A DNA stretch of 64,000 nt, taken from Candidatus Bathyarchaeota archaeon (lineage in GTDB: Archaea > Thermoproteota > Bathyarchaeia > Bathyarchaeales > Bathycorpusculaceae). Location: positions 1,152,001-1,216,000 of the forward strand of contig CAWFFH010000003.1 in NCBI GenBank assembly GCA_963815095.1, in the 5' to 3' direction. This document shows, in pieces, positions 9,375 to 22,887 of the stretch (positions within the stretch are counted from its first letter, which is position 1; every line of letters begins with the position of its first letter). Both the position numbers and the translations under genes were made by a program. The notes beneath the pieces were generated by a model. The model saw nothing but the letters and a program-made list of their open reading frames with translations. It did not search any database and was not told the DNA's origin.

Positions 9375-9519
9375 TTCGATTTCAGCAATATTCTTGTTAC
9401 TTAATTCTTAATATATAAGTTTTATTTATCAGAGATAACTAGCAACCTGTCGAACGTAGACTTTTTTTGTCTTAAAAAAAATGAAAAAATAAGTTTAGGA
9501 TAAATTTACTTTATTTTTA

Positions 9520-9810
9520 CTAAGGGGTAGTTGATGTTTTTTCGTCGATGGGTTCAGTTGTGATTTCCTCGATAGGTTTTGGTGCGGGCGTTGTTGCCAT
9601 CGTATAGCCGATCCATGCGCCGATACCTAAAATCGCGATGAATGCTACAGCGACTGGCAAAGCAATTATCCAGAAACGAACATTCGCAGCAGATCCTATA
9701 TTGATCATTGATTGAATGTTAGGATAAAAGAACAACAAAACCACATACACTAAAGCAACAATAACACAGACAGCCGCAATTACCGAGCCAATAACTTGAT
9801 CTTTACTCAT
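9520..9810 (-). CDS. Conserved archaeal two-TM membrane protein
   Basis: MSKDQ..G start and WIGYTMATTPAPKPIEEI motif. Confidence 0.8.
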   Translation of the reverse strand: MSKDQVIGSVIAAVCVIVALVYVVLLFFYPNIQSMINIGSAANVRFWIIALPVAVAFIAILGIGAWIGYTMATTPAPKPIEEITTEPIDEKTSTTP

Positions 9811-10177
9811 TATTTTTCACCACCCTAAACCAAAATAATATACCCATTACTGGATAGATACTTGCATATTAACCATATTCTATTTTTTGATAGAAGTGGA
9901 ATTATCGCTGTTTTTATGCCGAACCACAACAACAATTATAACAGGTTTTGTTCAAAGCAAATTTCTGGGTGGCGACGTTTATCTTTCAAAGGCACCTAAA
10001 ACACCCTCCGTTCTTGTCTTAATAGACAAACGTGACATTTGTAAACGAAATCCAAAAATCGAGAATCTTATTCAACTTTTATACTTTTTGACTTCAGATG
10101 GGAATCTCATTTTCAAGCATTCAGGAAGATTTCTATATTGGAAAATATTGATAGATAGAATGTTAAGGAGGTTTCTT

Positions 10178-10744
10178 ATGAAAAATTCTTTGGGTGCGAA
10201 GACTATTGTTCCCACGACGCCAGTCTGGGTTGTGGGAACTTATGATTCAGAGGGAAAACCAAATGTTATGACTGCTGCTTGGGGAGGAATTTGTTGTTCT
10301 CAGCCGCCATGTATCTATGTGTCTCTGAGAAAAGCCACGTATACCTACGGCAATATTGTGGAGCGGAAAGCGTTTACAGTGAGTATTCCACCCGAAGCTA
10401 ATGCTAAGGAGGCTGATTATTTTGGAATCACTTCAGGGAAAACTGTAGATAAATTCAAGGCCACAGGGCTCACTCCCGTGAAAAGTGATCTTGTTGATGC
10501 ACCCTACGTGAAAGAATTTCCTTTGATTTTAGAGTGTAAAGTTATTAAAATAGTTGAAATTGGGCTACACACAGAGTTCATAGGTGAAATTATGGATGTC
10601 AAAACTGATTCTGATGTGCTCAACGAAAAAAACCTTCCAGACATTGAAAAGATTAAACCGATCATATGGAATCCTGCAGAAATTACTTACAACAAAGTTG
10701 GGAAACCAATAGGAAAAGCTTTCTCAATTGGAAAAGAGGTATGA
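10178..10744 (+). CDS. Flavin reductase family protein (flavoredoxin-like)
   Basis: [18 protein letters not shown] and LECKV...H motifs; AGGAGG before the ATG at 10178. Confidence 0.9.
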   Translation: MKNSLGAKTIVPTTPVWVVGTYDSEGKPNVMTAAWGGICCSQPPCIYVSLRKATYTYGNIVERKAFTVSIPPEANAKEADYFGITSGKTVDKFKATGLTPVKSDLVDAPYVKEFPLILECKVIKIVEIGLHTEFIGEIMDVKTDSDVLNEKNLPDIEKIKPIIWNPAEITYNKVGKPIGKAFSIGKEV

Positions 10745-10766
10745 AAGCAAGAAAATAATCTCTTTA

Positions 10767-11378
10767 TCATAATTTCTGAGCCACAAACGCATTCCAAGGT
10801 GATTCGGTCTTGGTAAATATTTGAACTCCCACAAATCCAACCGATTGCATAACATTTCGAATCTCTTCTAGAGGAATAAGGCACACATGGGTTTCTGCAA
10901 TTAGTTTTGCGTATTTAACCTCGAACACTCCGTCTTGGACCATTTCATTCACCAGCAAAAGTTTTCCACCCGGCTTTAATACCCGTTTTATTTCCGCTAA
11001 GGCTTCACGGAAATTGGGCCAAAAATAGTAGGTTTCGCAAGCGGTCACCAAATTGAAATAATCATTGGGAAAGCCCATTTTCATAACTGACCCTTGAATT
11101 ATCTGCACCCGGTTTTGGTCAATTAGTTCCTTATTCATTTTTTTGGAGTAGTTTACCATGTCCTCTGAATGGTCAATGCCGAAGACTTTCCCTTTGGGCG
11201 CCAACTGAGCTAACGTGTTGATTGTTTTGCCGCCTCCACAGCCTACATCCAAAATTACATCTCCAGATGTGATTTTTACTTTTGTCAATCCCCACATGGT
11301 TAGAGGTTCATGATTTTGGTTCATTTGTTCAGCAATTATTCTACCATTGCGACCTCGTGGGCATTGATATTGATCCAT
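10767..11378 (-). CDS. Class I SAM-dependent methyltransferase
   Basis: ILDVGCGGG, ETYYFWP and RVLKPGG motifs. Confidence 0.9.
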   Translation of the reverse strand: MDQYQCPRGRNGRIIAEQMNQNHEPLTMWGLTKVKITSGDVILDVGCGGGKTINTLAQLAPKGKVFGIDHSEDMVNYSKKMNKELIDQNRVQIIQGSVMKMGFPNDYFNLVTACETYYFWPNFREALAEIKRVLKPGGKLLLVNEMVQDGVFEVKYAKLIAETHVCLIPLEEIRNVMQSVGFVGVQIFTKTESPWNAFVAQKL

Positions 11379-11608
11379 TAATCCCAAAAAATATCCTCTA
11401 AACATAGACGTTGAATAGAACCCTAATAAATCATACCCATAGGTCTTAGACAAGCAAATATTGTTAACTCCTTTTTCCACAATCCCACGATAATCCCAAA
11501 AAATCATTTTTGAATGCCCATCCTTTCTAAAAAAACTCGAAAAAAATGAAGCAAAGGCAACGTTAGTTATGAAAAATTTTTATGCAGAACAACCACCTTG
11601 TAGGTATC

Positions 11609-12685
11609 ATGGCAAAGTTCCTCTCAAAAGGCGAGCTCTACAAAGCGATAAATCAGAAATCTAGCGAAACAAGGAGGATGCTGTGGGCATGTTCATCCAC
11701 GCTTGGAATGGGGGCTCACCGAGTTTTCTCCCAAGACATCTTGAAGAATTCTCCTTTAGATGTTCGGTTTGTGTTCCCCCTAACCGAAGCGACAGTTAAG
11801 GAAGGAGAGATTTCTCCCCACGAAATACAGTTCCTCCAAGAACACTTAGATGGGAGCGCTGTAAAAACCCAAAGCAGTTTGAATGCAAACCTCTACATTT
11901 TTGATGATTCAGCATTCGTGACCTCAGTAGGTTTAACTGAAGCTTCCTTTGACAGCGAAACAGCGGCGGGAGTTATGCTCACGGAGCCCGAAGAGATCGA
12001 CCAAATCAAAGCATTCTTCAACCAAATCATCTGGCAAAACGCCAAATCCACAGGTGACTTGAAAAAATTCAAGAAAACCTACAACACAGCCCAAAAAAAC
12101 AACCCCACAAAAACTAAGAGATTCACCGGAAGCCAAGATTGGCCCGATACCAGTTTCCAGAAATGGTACATTGGCGTCCTTCGCAAGTTGCCCCGAAAAG
12201 TGGAGGGTAAGGTTAAGGTTGAGAGGTCTTGGTCCACTAAACTCTTGTTGGCTGGAGATGTGGGCTACAAGGCTTTTAAGCAAATTAAACTCGGGGACAT
12301 AGCTTATCTGTTTAATGTTTTCAAGAAGGTTGGCAGCGTCGAAGTCCAGTTGGTTCGTGTCCAAGACAAGGATAAAGTGGAAACGGATGAGGGCGACTTT
12401 CACCTTCTCTGCCAAGTAGAGAAAAACTATTTGCTTCCAAGAGAACAACTCCAAAATCTTCTAAACGCTATGGGCATGCACTCAAGAAACTCCGAGGTGC
12501 CCCTCAACGACCAACAACTGACGCAGCTAACCCAGGCACTCGCATCGATCAAAACGAAAAGAAAAACGAAAAAACTCAAAAACAAAACAGCTCCAAACCC
12601 CACACAAAAACAATCAACGACTACAACTAAAAAAACCAAAAAACGCAAACGTAAAACAAAACAATCCAAAAAACAAACACCATAA
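11609..12685 (+). CDS. PLD-like domain protein with degenerate HKD motif and Lys-rich tail
   Basis: LNANLYIFD...TSVGLT resembles LHAKxYIFD...SANLT. Confidence 0.6.
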   Translation: MAKFLSKGELYKAINQKSSETRRMLWACSSTLGMGAHRVFSQDILKNSPLDVRFVFPLTEATVKEGEISPHEIQFLQEHLDGSAVKTQSSLNANLYIFDDSAFVTSVGLTEASFDSETAAGVMLTEPEEIDQIKAFFNQIIWQNAKSTGDLKKFKKTYNTAQKNNPTKTKRFTGSQDWPDTSFQKWYIGVLRKLPRKVEGKVKVERSWSTKLLLAGDVGYKAFKQIKLGDIAYLFNVFKKVGSVEVQLVRVQDKDKVETDEGDFHLLCQVEKNYLLPREQLQNLLNAMGMHSRNSEVPLNDQQLTQLTQALASIKTKRKTKKLKNKTAPNPTQKQSTTTTKKTKKRKRKTKQSKKQTP

Positions 12686-12800
12686 CACAAAACACCCATA
12701 ACAATAACCAAACAAAAACAACAAACCAACTGTTGCATAGACAAAGTTTTTATGCGCGTTTGAAACTTAAGTTCGACGTTAAGACAAAGGATGATTCAAG

Positions 12801-13640
12801 ATGGCCCTACAAAAAGGAGACTTCATTCTAATCGATTATGTAGCGAAAGTTAAGGAAACGAACGAAGTTTTCGATACAACAAAAGAAGATGTTGCTAAAA
12901 AAGAGCATCTTCACAAAGAAGGACAAATCCACGAACCTGAACTTGTAGTTGTTGGCGAAGGCTGGGTTCTAAAAGCCCTAGATGACGCATTAACTACCAT
13001 GGAAGTTTGTAAGCCTTGCACGGTTGAAATTTCACCTGAGAAAGGCTTTGGACAAAGAGATCCAGAAAAAATCAAACGGGTCCCAATCAAACAACTCTAC
13101 TCAAAAGAAATCAACCCAGTTGTCGGTGCACGCATCGAATTCCAAGGCAAAAACGCCACAATCCGCTCCGTCGGTGCAGGCAGAGTTCTACTTGACTTCA
13201 ACGCACCCCTCGCAGGAAGAACCCTCATCTACGACGTGACAGTAACATGTAAATTAGACCAAAAAGAACAGAAAATCGGCGCTATAATTCACCGCAGAGT
13301 TCCAGTGGTTGATCAAGAAAAATTCAAACTAACCCTAAAAGGCACTGACTTAACCATTGATATGCCTGAAGACACATTCTACGTTGAAGGCATTCAAATT
13401 GCTAAACGCGGCATTGCCATGGATATACAAAAATTCGTCCCTGACCTATGCGAGACAAAGTTCGTTGAAACCTTCAAATCTGAACCAAAACCAGCCCCAA
13501 TCACCCCACCAGTAGCACCAGAAGCAGAAGCCGAAGCTAAACCAGCGCCAGAAGAAGCTAAATCTGCTCCAGAAGCTAAACTAGCCGCAGAAGACAAACC
13601 TGCCAAAGCGCCAAAAGCCGCAAAAGCAGCCAAAGCATAA
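12801..13640 (+). CDS. slyD: Long-type archaeal FKBP peptidyl-prolyl isomerase (SlyD-like)
   Basis: FDTT, PEKGFGQRD and DFN.PLAG motifs; A/E/K/P-rich tail. Confidence 0.9.
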   Translation: MALQKGDFILIDYVAKVKETNEVFDTTKEDVAKKEHLHKEGQIHEPELVVVGEGWVLKALDDALTTMEVCKPCTVEISPEKGFGQRDPEKIKRVPIKQLYSKEINPVVGARIEFQGKNATIRSVGAGRVLLDFNAPLAGRTLIYDVTVTCKLDQKEQKIGAIIHRRVPVVDQEKFKLTLKGTDLTIDMPEDTFYVEGIQIAKRGIAMDIQKFVPDLCETKFVETFKSEPKPAPITPPVAPEAEAEAKPAPEEAKSAPEAKLAAEDKPAKAPKAAKAAKA

Positions 13641-13810
13641 AATAAACCATAAACTTTTCTTTTAAACTTAATTTTTTATTTTTTCAATTTGATCGAAACA
13701 AATTAGGTTTATCTGTTTTCTATGGAAAATAATAAATAAATTCCCCATCTACCATAATATATTTCTCTAGTTCTTCACCAATTAATTCCCAAATAGGAGG
13801 TGGAAAAAAG

Positions 13811-14194
13811 ATGGATCACACGCTGATGCATTTTGAAATCCCAGCCAACGATGTAGAAAAACTGAAACGTTTTTATGAAGAAGTCTTCGGATGGAAAATC
13901 ACTCAAGCCTCAGGACCCATCGAGTACTGGGTAATCCAAACTGTTCCCGTTGCACCAGATGGCACCCTTATTCGCCCCGGCGTCAACGGCGGTATGTATA
14001 AAAAAGAGGTTCCAGAAAGCAAACCCGTAAACTACTTTACCGTTAAATCCATAACGGATTTTCTTGTAAAAATTGAAAAGTTAGGCGGAAAAGTTACCCA
14101 GCCCAAACAAGAAGTTCCAGAAATCGGATGGATCGCCGCGGCAGAGGACCCTGAAGGCAACCTATTTGCCCTCATTCAGCCAATTCGCCCCTAA
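13811..14194 (+). CDS. VOC (glyoxalase/bleomycin resistance) family protein
   Basis: HFEIPA, FY..VFGW, NGG and DPEGN motifs. Confidence 0.9.
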   Translation: MDHTLMHFEIPANDVEKLKRFYEEVFGWKITQASGPIEYWVIQTVPVAPDGTLIRPGVNGGMYKKEVPESKPVNYFTVKSITDFLVKIEKLGGKVTQPKQEVPEIGWIAAAEDPEGNLFALIQPIRP

Positions 14195-15249
14195 GCGATT
14201 ACTCCGGTGGCTTTGGCTGTTTTCTCGCAAGCTTCCAAATTAAGGTTTAGCTTGTGGAGGATAGTGAAACGCTCAGGCCTAATTTTCGGTGCCAGCTCTA
14301 AGGCTTTAACAACATCTGCATCTTCCACGCCCAATTCCATTGCAGTTGTGGGTGCACCGAGTTGTTTGAGGGTTTTTTTGATACCCTGCCAATTCGCCTT
14401 GTAAAGATAAGCTGCTAAAATGGCTCCGACACCGCATTGCTCACCGTGCATGGCATGATTTGATTTAACTAAATCTAACGCGTGGCTGAAAAGATGTTCT
14501 GAGCCGCTGCAGGGACGACTGCTGCCAGCTATGCTCATGGCAACTCCACAGCTAATCAACGCTTCCAACAAAACACGCAAACCTTCATCCTGCCTATTAA
14601 CCATTAAATCCGCGTTTTCAGTTACCAGTTTCGCACTCATCAACGCTAAACTAGCCGCGTAGCCACCATAATACTCGCAATTTTCCAAGTGCGCCAGTTT
14701 CCAATCTTTTACGGATGTGAACTTGGAAATTACGTCGCCGCAGCCGCTAATCATGAACCGCCACGGCGCCTGACCAATAACTTCTGTATCCGCAATTATC
14801 GCCAGCGGTGCTTGCGCCAAAATTGAGTAGGGTTTGTCGGAGCCTTTGATGGAGGCAAGGGGGCTGGAGATGCCGTCGTGGGAGACGGTGGTTGGGACGC
14901 TTATGAAGGGGATATTTTGAGTGCAAGAACTAATTTTTGCGGCATCAATTATGGTTCCGCCGCCCACACCAAAAACAATATGCGGTTTTGTGGCTAAAAT
15001 TCGATTTTCGAGGATTATCATGTCTTTTATAGTCATGCTTTTTATCTGGAGAACATCAACCTCAAGTTCCGCCTCTCCCAAAAGCCCGCAAACCCTCTCT
15101 CCAGCTAACTCATAACTCTTCGACCCACAAACCACCAACGCCCTTCCCTTAAGACCAAGCCGCCTAGCCACTTCAGGGACTCGGGTTAGGGTGCCTTTTC
15201 CAACAATGACTTCGCGGGGAAGCTGCATATAATGGTAGTTTAAAGTCAA
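14191..15249 (-). CDS. egsA: sn-glycerol-1-phosphate dehydrogenase (start TTG 15249 or ATG 15228)
   Basis: GGGTIIDAAK, PTTVSHDGISS, SRPCSGSEHLFSH and HGEQ motifs. Confidence 0.95.
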   Translation of the reverse strand: MTLNYHYMQLPREVIVGKGTLTRVPEVARRLGLKGRALVVCGSKSYELAGERVCGLLGEAELEVDVLQIKSMTIKDMIILENRILATKPHIVFGVGGGTIIDAAKISSCTQNIPFISVPTTVSHDGISSPLASIKGSDKPYSILAQAPLAIIADTEVIGQAPWRFMISGCGDVISKFTSVKDWKLAHLENCEYYGGYAASLALMSAKLVTENADLMVNRQDEGLRVLLEALISCGVAMSIAGSSRPCSGSEHLFSHALDLVKSNHAMHGEQCGVGAILAAYLYKANWQGIKKTLKQLGAPTTAMELGVEDADVVKALELAPKIRPERFTILHKLNLNLEACEKTAKATGVIA

Positions 15250-15932
15250 ATCGACCACGTTAACTTGCAAACACATAACTCGATATGAATGCTTTAAAAC
15301 TTTGCGAAAAACACAACCCTTCAAACCCCAAAAACCCACCCACAAACCAAACACCCAACATACCCCACACTACACCCACACAACCCAACATACAAACCAA
15401 CATAGCAGTGCAAACCAACCCAACCCACAAACCACAACTCCAAAACCCTTAGCCGCCTATCCCTCCAACGCTTGGCCTGCTCCAAACTCTTAACATAGGT
15501 ATCTATGCGCCGATACGCAGCCCAACGCTATGCTTTTTTAAATCAAAAACTCTCCCAAACAAGCTAAAACACCTCCAAAACAGGGCAAAACACGCCAAAA
15601 AACAACAAAATAGGGAACCGAAAAAACCCCAAAAACAACCCGTTTACCAAAAACAGCCACAAACCAGCGATATCACCCACACCTAAACCCCATTTACAAC
15701 ATACATATCCATCTTAAATTGGAACAATCCGCCAAATTTTACCAAACAAAAGATAACTACACATATCAAACCATACTTTTTGTCACACACACAAAAAAAC
15801 AAAAACACTCTGCAAAAAATACAACTTAACTAAGTTTACTCAACCCAAGAAAAACAGCCAAATCTTAATCGAAACATGTCATGCTTAAATATGGATTGTT
15901 GGTTTAATGGTTTTTAAGGAGACACACAAAAC

Positions 15933-16211
15933 ATGCCCGCTATTGAAGTCGGCAGATTATGCATAAAACAGCTCGGTCGAGAAAACGGCAAAAAATGCGT
16001 CATCATTGACGTCATGGACAAAAGCTTCGTTTTGGTTACGGGACCAAAAAAAGTTACCGGAGTCAAACGCAGACGCGTAAACATAAACCACATCATGCCC
16101 CTACAAGACAAAATCGACGTCAAAAGAGGCGCCTCAGACGACGAAGTCACCCAATGTTTAGAAACTTGCGGTAAACTCGCCGAAATGACTCAACCCGTAA
16201 AAGCCGCATAA
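15933..16211 (+). CDS. rpl14e: Ribosomal protein eL14
   Basis: IEVGR.C.K..GRE.G and TGP...TGVKRRRVN motifs. Confidence 0.95.
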   Translation: MPAIEVGRLCIKQLGRENGKKCVIIDVMDKSFVLVTGPKKVTGVKRRRVNINHIMPLQDKIDVKRGASDDEVTQCLETCGKLAEMTQPVKAA

Positions 16212-16274
16212 TTTTAAACCTTAATTACCTCAAACTTCTTTTTCTTACAACCAACCAGGAGAAAAACCCCCAGC

Positions 16275-17306
16275 ATGCCCAGAACAACCCCTCCATGGGA
16301 AACCAAACGTGAACTGTTAACCAAAGCACAAGATTCAACCGACCCAAAATACGGTTGCAAACCTTCTGAGCGTCCAGCAAAAGAATACATCCGCTACGGC
16401 ACCATAAATCTGGATAAACCTGCTGGTCCAACAAGTCACGAAGTAGCAGCCTGGGTTAAACGAATAATGCATTTAGAAGCAATTGGGCATGGAGGAACCT
16501 TGGACCCCAAAGTAACAGGCATTTTACCCATCACATTAGAAGACGCAACAAAGATGGTTCAAGCATTGCTCCACAGCGGCAAAGAATACATCTGCGTCAT
16601 GAAACTCCACGGCGACGTACGCGAAGACCAAGTTAAACGGGTTTTAGCCGAGTTTGAAGACGAAATCTTCCAACGCCCCCCACTACGCTCATCAGTAAAG
16701 CGACAGTTGAGAACTAGGCGAATTTACTATAACGAATACATGGAACTTGATGGCCGCAACGTACTCTTCAAAGTCGGATGCGAAGGCGGCACCTACATCC
16801 GCAAACTCTGCTTTGACATCGGCGAAATTCTAGGTGTCGGTGCCCACATGCAAGAACTCCGCCGAAGCCGCGCAGGACCATTCCTTGAAATCAGCGCCAA
16901 AAAAGTCACCCTACACGACGTCGCATACTGGTTTGGCGAATATGAAACCACAAAAGACCAAACACATCTTTGCAAATTCATCGAACCCATGGAAGTTGCC
17001 CTCATGCAAATCCCAAAAATCATCATACGCGACTCCGCCGTCGACGCTCTCTGTCACGGAGCCAACTTGACCGAGCCAGGTGTGCTGCAGGTTGATACGG
17101 GTATTGTGAAGGGTTCAACAGTTGCAGTTTTCACTCTCAAAGGCGAAGCAGTTGCTTTATCCAAGGCGCTTGTTTCAACTGAGGAAATCATGGAGTTAAA
17201 CCATGGCGCTGTCGCAGCTTCTTCACGCGTGTTGATGCCACGGGGCACTTACCCGAAAGTTTGGAAGACTGGTAGTGCACATGAGCAAAAATCCGAAAAG
17301 CGTTGA
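16275..17306 (+). CDS. cbf5: Pseudouridine synthase Cbf5 (H/ACA, tRNA Psi55)
   Basis: DKP.GPTSHE, GHGGTLDP and GTYIRK motifs; PUA domain. Confidence 0.96.
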   Translation: MPRTTPPWETKRELLTKAQDSTDPKYGCKPSERPAKEYIRYGTINLDKPAGPTSHEVAAWVKRIMHLEAIGHGGTLDPKVTGILPITLEDATKMVQALLHSGKEYICVMKLHGDVREDQVKRVLAEFEDEIFQRPPLRSSVKRQLRTRRIYYNEYMELDGRNVLFKVGCEGGTYIRKLCFDIGEILGVGAHMQELRRSRAGPFLEISAKKVTLHDVAYWFGEYETTKDQTHLCKFIEPMEVALMQIPKIIIRDSAVDALCHGANLTEPGVLQVDTGIVKGSTVAVFTLKGEAVALSKALVSTEEIMELNHGAVAASSRVLMPRGTYPKVWKTGSAHEQKSEKR

Positions 17307-17895
17307 TCACTATTTTTCTTCGGCGCCCAAGTCGCAGGAGCGCTTCGGACTTGTTCAAACCAGCCTATGTGGCAAACCCTTCGAGTTTTTGACTGCGTCG
17401 AGTGTTTTTTCGAAACGAAAAGTTGACTGCGGCACCCGATTACTTATAGAATCTATGGTTCTGCCAGAAGCGGGCTGGGTTCTTGATATTGGCTGTGGAT
17501 ACGGAGTGGCTGGAATTGCTGCAGCAAAATTCAATCCTAAACTTCACGTGGTCATGACGGATGTGAATGCAAGAGCGGTGCGGTTGGCCAAGAAGAATGT
17601 TGGGTTAAACAGAGTTTCTAATGTTGAGGTTCGGTATGGCTTTTTTTATGAGCCGGTGGAGGATTTGAGGTTCAATTGTGTTTTGTCGAATCCACCTGTA
17701 AGTGCAGGTATGGAAACGGTGAAGGCAATTGTTTCGGGTGCACCAGAAGTGATGGCGTCTGATGCTAGTTTTTTGATGGTGATTCGCTCTAAAATCGGTG
17801 CTAAACGGTTGCCTGAATTGTTTACGGAAACTTTTGGCAATTGTGAGGTTGCTGCGCGTGAGAGCGGATTTCGGGTACTCATGGGCAAACTGTAA
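17281..17895 (+). CDS. RsmC-like (MTS) methyltransferase
   Basis: HYFS..P, VFS...D.GT, LDIGCGYG and SNPP motifs. Confidence 0.88.
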   Translation: MSKNPKSVDHYFSSAPKSQERFGLVQTSLCGKPFEFLTASSVFSKRKVDCGTRLLIESMVLPEAGWVLDIGCGYGVAGIAAAKFNPKLHVVMTDVNARAVRLAKKNVGLNRVSNVEVRYGFFYEPVEDLRFNCVLSNPPVSAGMETVKAIVSGAPEVMASDASFLMVIRSKIGAKRLPELFTETFGNCEVAARESGFRVLMGKL

Positions 17896-18035
17896 CAGTT
17901 TTGCCTGAGCTAAAAAACAACTGATGACTCCCAAAGCTACGCATAGCCCTATTGCAGTTTTCGATATATTCTCCACTTTGCAATTCACCTTTTATTACTA
18001 AACCCGATAATTACCTTCAATGAGAAGGTTAGAAA

Positions 18036-18146
18036 ATGGAACAAAACAAAACAGACGATTGCTGCGAAATAGGCGTGAAGGGCGCTTGTACAACCTGCGA
18101 TTTTATCACTCTCTGTAACGGCAAATGGAGCCACCCAACAAACTAA
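18036..18146 (+). CDS. Putative 36-aa Cys-rich microprotein
   Basis: Manual translation MEQNKTDDCCEIGVKGACTTCDFITLCNGKWSHPTN. Confidence 0.35.
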   Translation: MEQNKTDDCCEIGVKGACTTCDFITLCNGKWSHPTN

Positions 18147-18253
18147 AACCAGAAACCAATCTATTCTTTCTATGTTTACTTGATGTTTTAGCCCTGTTAA
18201 ACCGCAAACTTGAAAAAGCCACCCAACCATAACAAAACAACATTACAAGGCAG

Positions 18254-18493
18254 TTGACTGAAATGAAACTAAACAAAGTCGACGAAAAAGTCTACCAAAC
18301 CCTCAAAACAGAAGGCAAAGAACTAACCCTACAGGAACTCACCGATAAAACAGGCGAACCCACAAAAAAAGTCTTCAAATCACTCAAAAAATTCTTTGAA
18401 CAAGAAATCATCGAAACCAAAGCCCGCAAATACTCACTAACGGGAAAAGATCCCAAAGCCGCCAAAGAAGAAGAGCCCGAACCAGAAATATAA
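18254..18493 (+). CDS. Small winged-helix DNA-binding protein
   Basis: wHTH-like pattern (LTLQELTDKTGEPTKKVFKSLKK); acidic tail. Confidence 0.7.
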   Translation: MTEMKLNKVDEKVYQTLKTEGKELTLQELTDKTGEPTKKVFKSLKKFFEQEIIETKARKYSLTGKDPKAAKEEEPEPEI

Positions 18494-18505
18494 AAATTTA
18501 ATTTT

Positions 18506-18582
18506 TGGAGCCTCGAGCGGGCCTTGCTCCCGCGGCCTGCTGCTTACAAGGCAGCCGCTCTACTGGGCTGAGCTATCGAGGC
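18506..18582 (-). tRNA. tRNA-Thr(UGU) with non-canonical T- and D-loops, CCA encoded
   Basis: Cloverleaf GCCTCGA/TCGAGGC, GCTC/GAGC, GCTGC-CTTGTAA-GCAGC and GCGGG-AGCAAGG-CCCGC, then T-CCA. Confidence 0.9.
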
Positions 18583-19200
18583 ACCCAACAAAGAGCCCAG
18601 ATTACACCAACAAATAAAACATTAAACAAATAAAAGTTACTACTAAAATTCTACCCAGACAAAGATTCTGCAAGCAAAATTCTCACCAATAAAAAAATAT
18701 TTTATCATTTCAAGGACATATCCCTTATTCTCTAGTAAAACCAATGGTTAATCAGTATTTTAAACTGCCTAATTATAAGCCCAATAGAAAACTCATTACA
18801 AAATCATGGAAATAAAGTCGCTATCGGCGTTTCTAATCGCTACAGAATGCTCAAAACCAGCGCTTATCGATTCTATCCCAAACAAGACAAAATAATGCAG
18901 AGTTGTTCCATAAATAACGACAATCTTATATGCTGGAATAGTGCTAATAAGGTTCCCCACATATGCAACTCGGCATCAAAGCAAAATGCGCGAGTGAAGA
19001 ATGCAAAAGAAGCTAAACAACGCACGAAAACATCGCCAACAAACCTTGCAACTGTTCAACGATACACTTATATTAAAGAAATCTGCTTCTATTGCAGTTC
19101 AGCAATTATGGGTTATACCATAAAAAAGATGCAACTCCCCACCTAACAGTGTGGAGTGAAGGGTGAGTTGAGTTCCTGATCACTGGGAATTCACAATGAC

Positions 19201-22397
<3,197 letters not shown>

Positions 22398-22600
22398 AAC
22401 TCATATTTGTTTTTTTTGATTTTGTGTTATTGTTTTCTGCTTTCTTTTTTCTTTTGCTCTCCAAGTGTCGGGTTGCAAATGTTTGGTTATGCACGTTAAT
22501 TGTGGTGGTTCTATTTTTGGTGTCGTTTATAGGTAAAATTGGGGTTTTTCTGAGTAAACGTTATATCAGCAAAATTGCAGCTAAGACTGATGAGTAATCT

Positions 22601-22741
22601 ATGACAGCCAATACAAAAACGCCTCTTTGCCCCACCTGTTACATAGAAATGAAACCAAAATGCAACAAAGATAACACCGTAATCTATCACATCTGCCCAC
22701 AATGCGGAACGTTGATTTTGTTTACTCACTCAGGACACTAA
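22601..22741 (+). CDS. Zinc-ribbon microprotein (46 aa)
   Basis: Manual translation MTANTKTPLCPTCYIEMKPKCNKDNTVIYHICPQCGTLILFTHSGH; two CPxC motifs. Confidence 0.65.
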   Translation: MTANTKTPLCPTCYIEMKPKCNKDNTVIYHICPQCGTLILFTHSGH

Positions 22742-22887
22742 AACTGGGTTATGCCGTTGTTATTTGGTTGCAGTGCGGAAAAGCAAAATAGCAAATATTA
22801 ATCAAAATTTAGTTGCAATAAGAATTTCCAGAATCCTGAATTCATAAAGCCTATTTATATCTTCATTGAACATGTTTTTGATTCAAA

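Noticed and set aside
15300-15900. Replication origin
   Set aside because: No ORB-like repeats with G-strings were recognised and there is no adjacent orc1/cdc6.
22585-22600. TGATGA C-box-like motifs (also near 17922) as C/D guide RNAs
   Set aside because: No suitably spaced D box or C'/D' boxes were found downstream.
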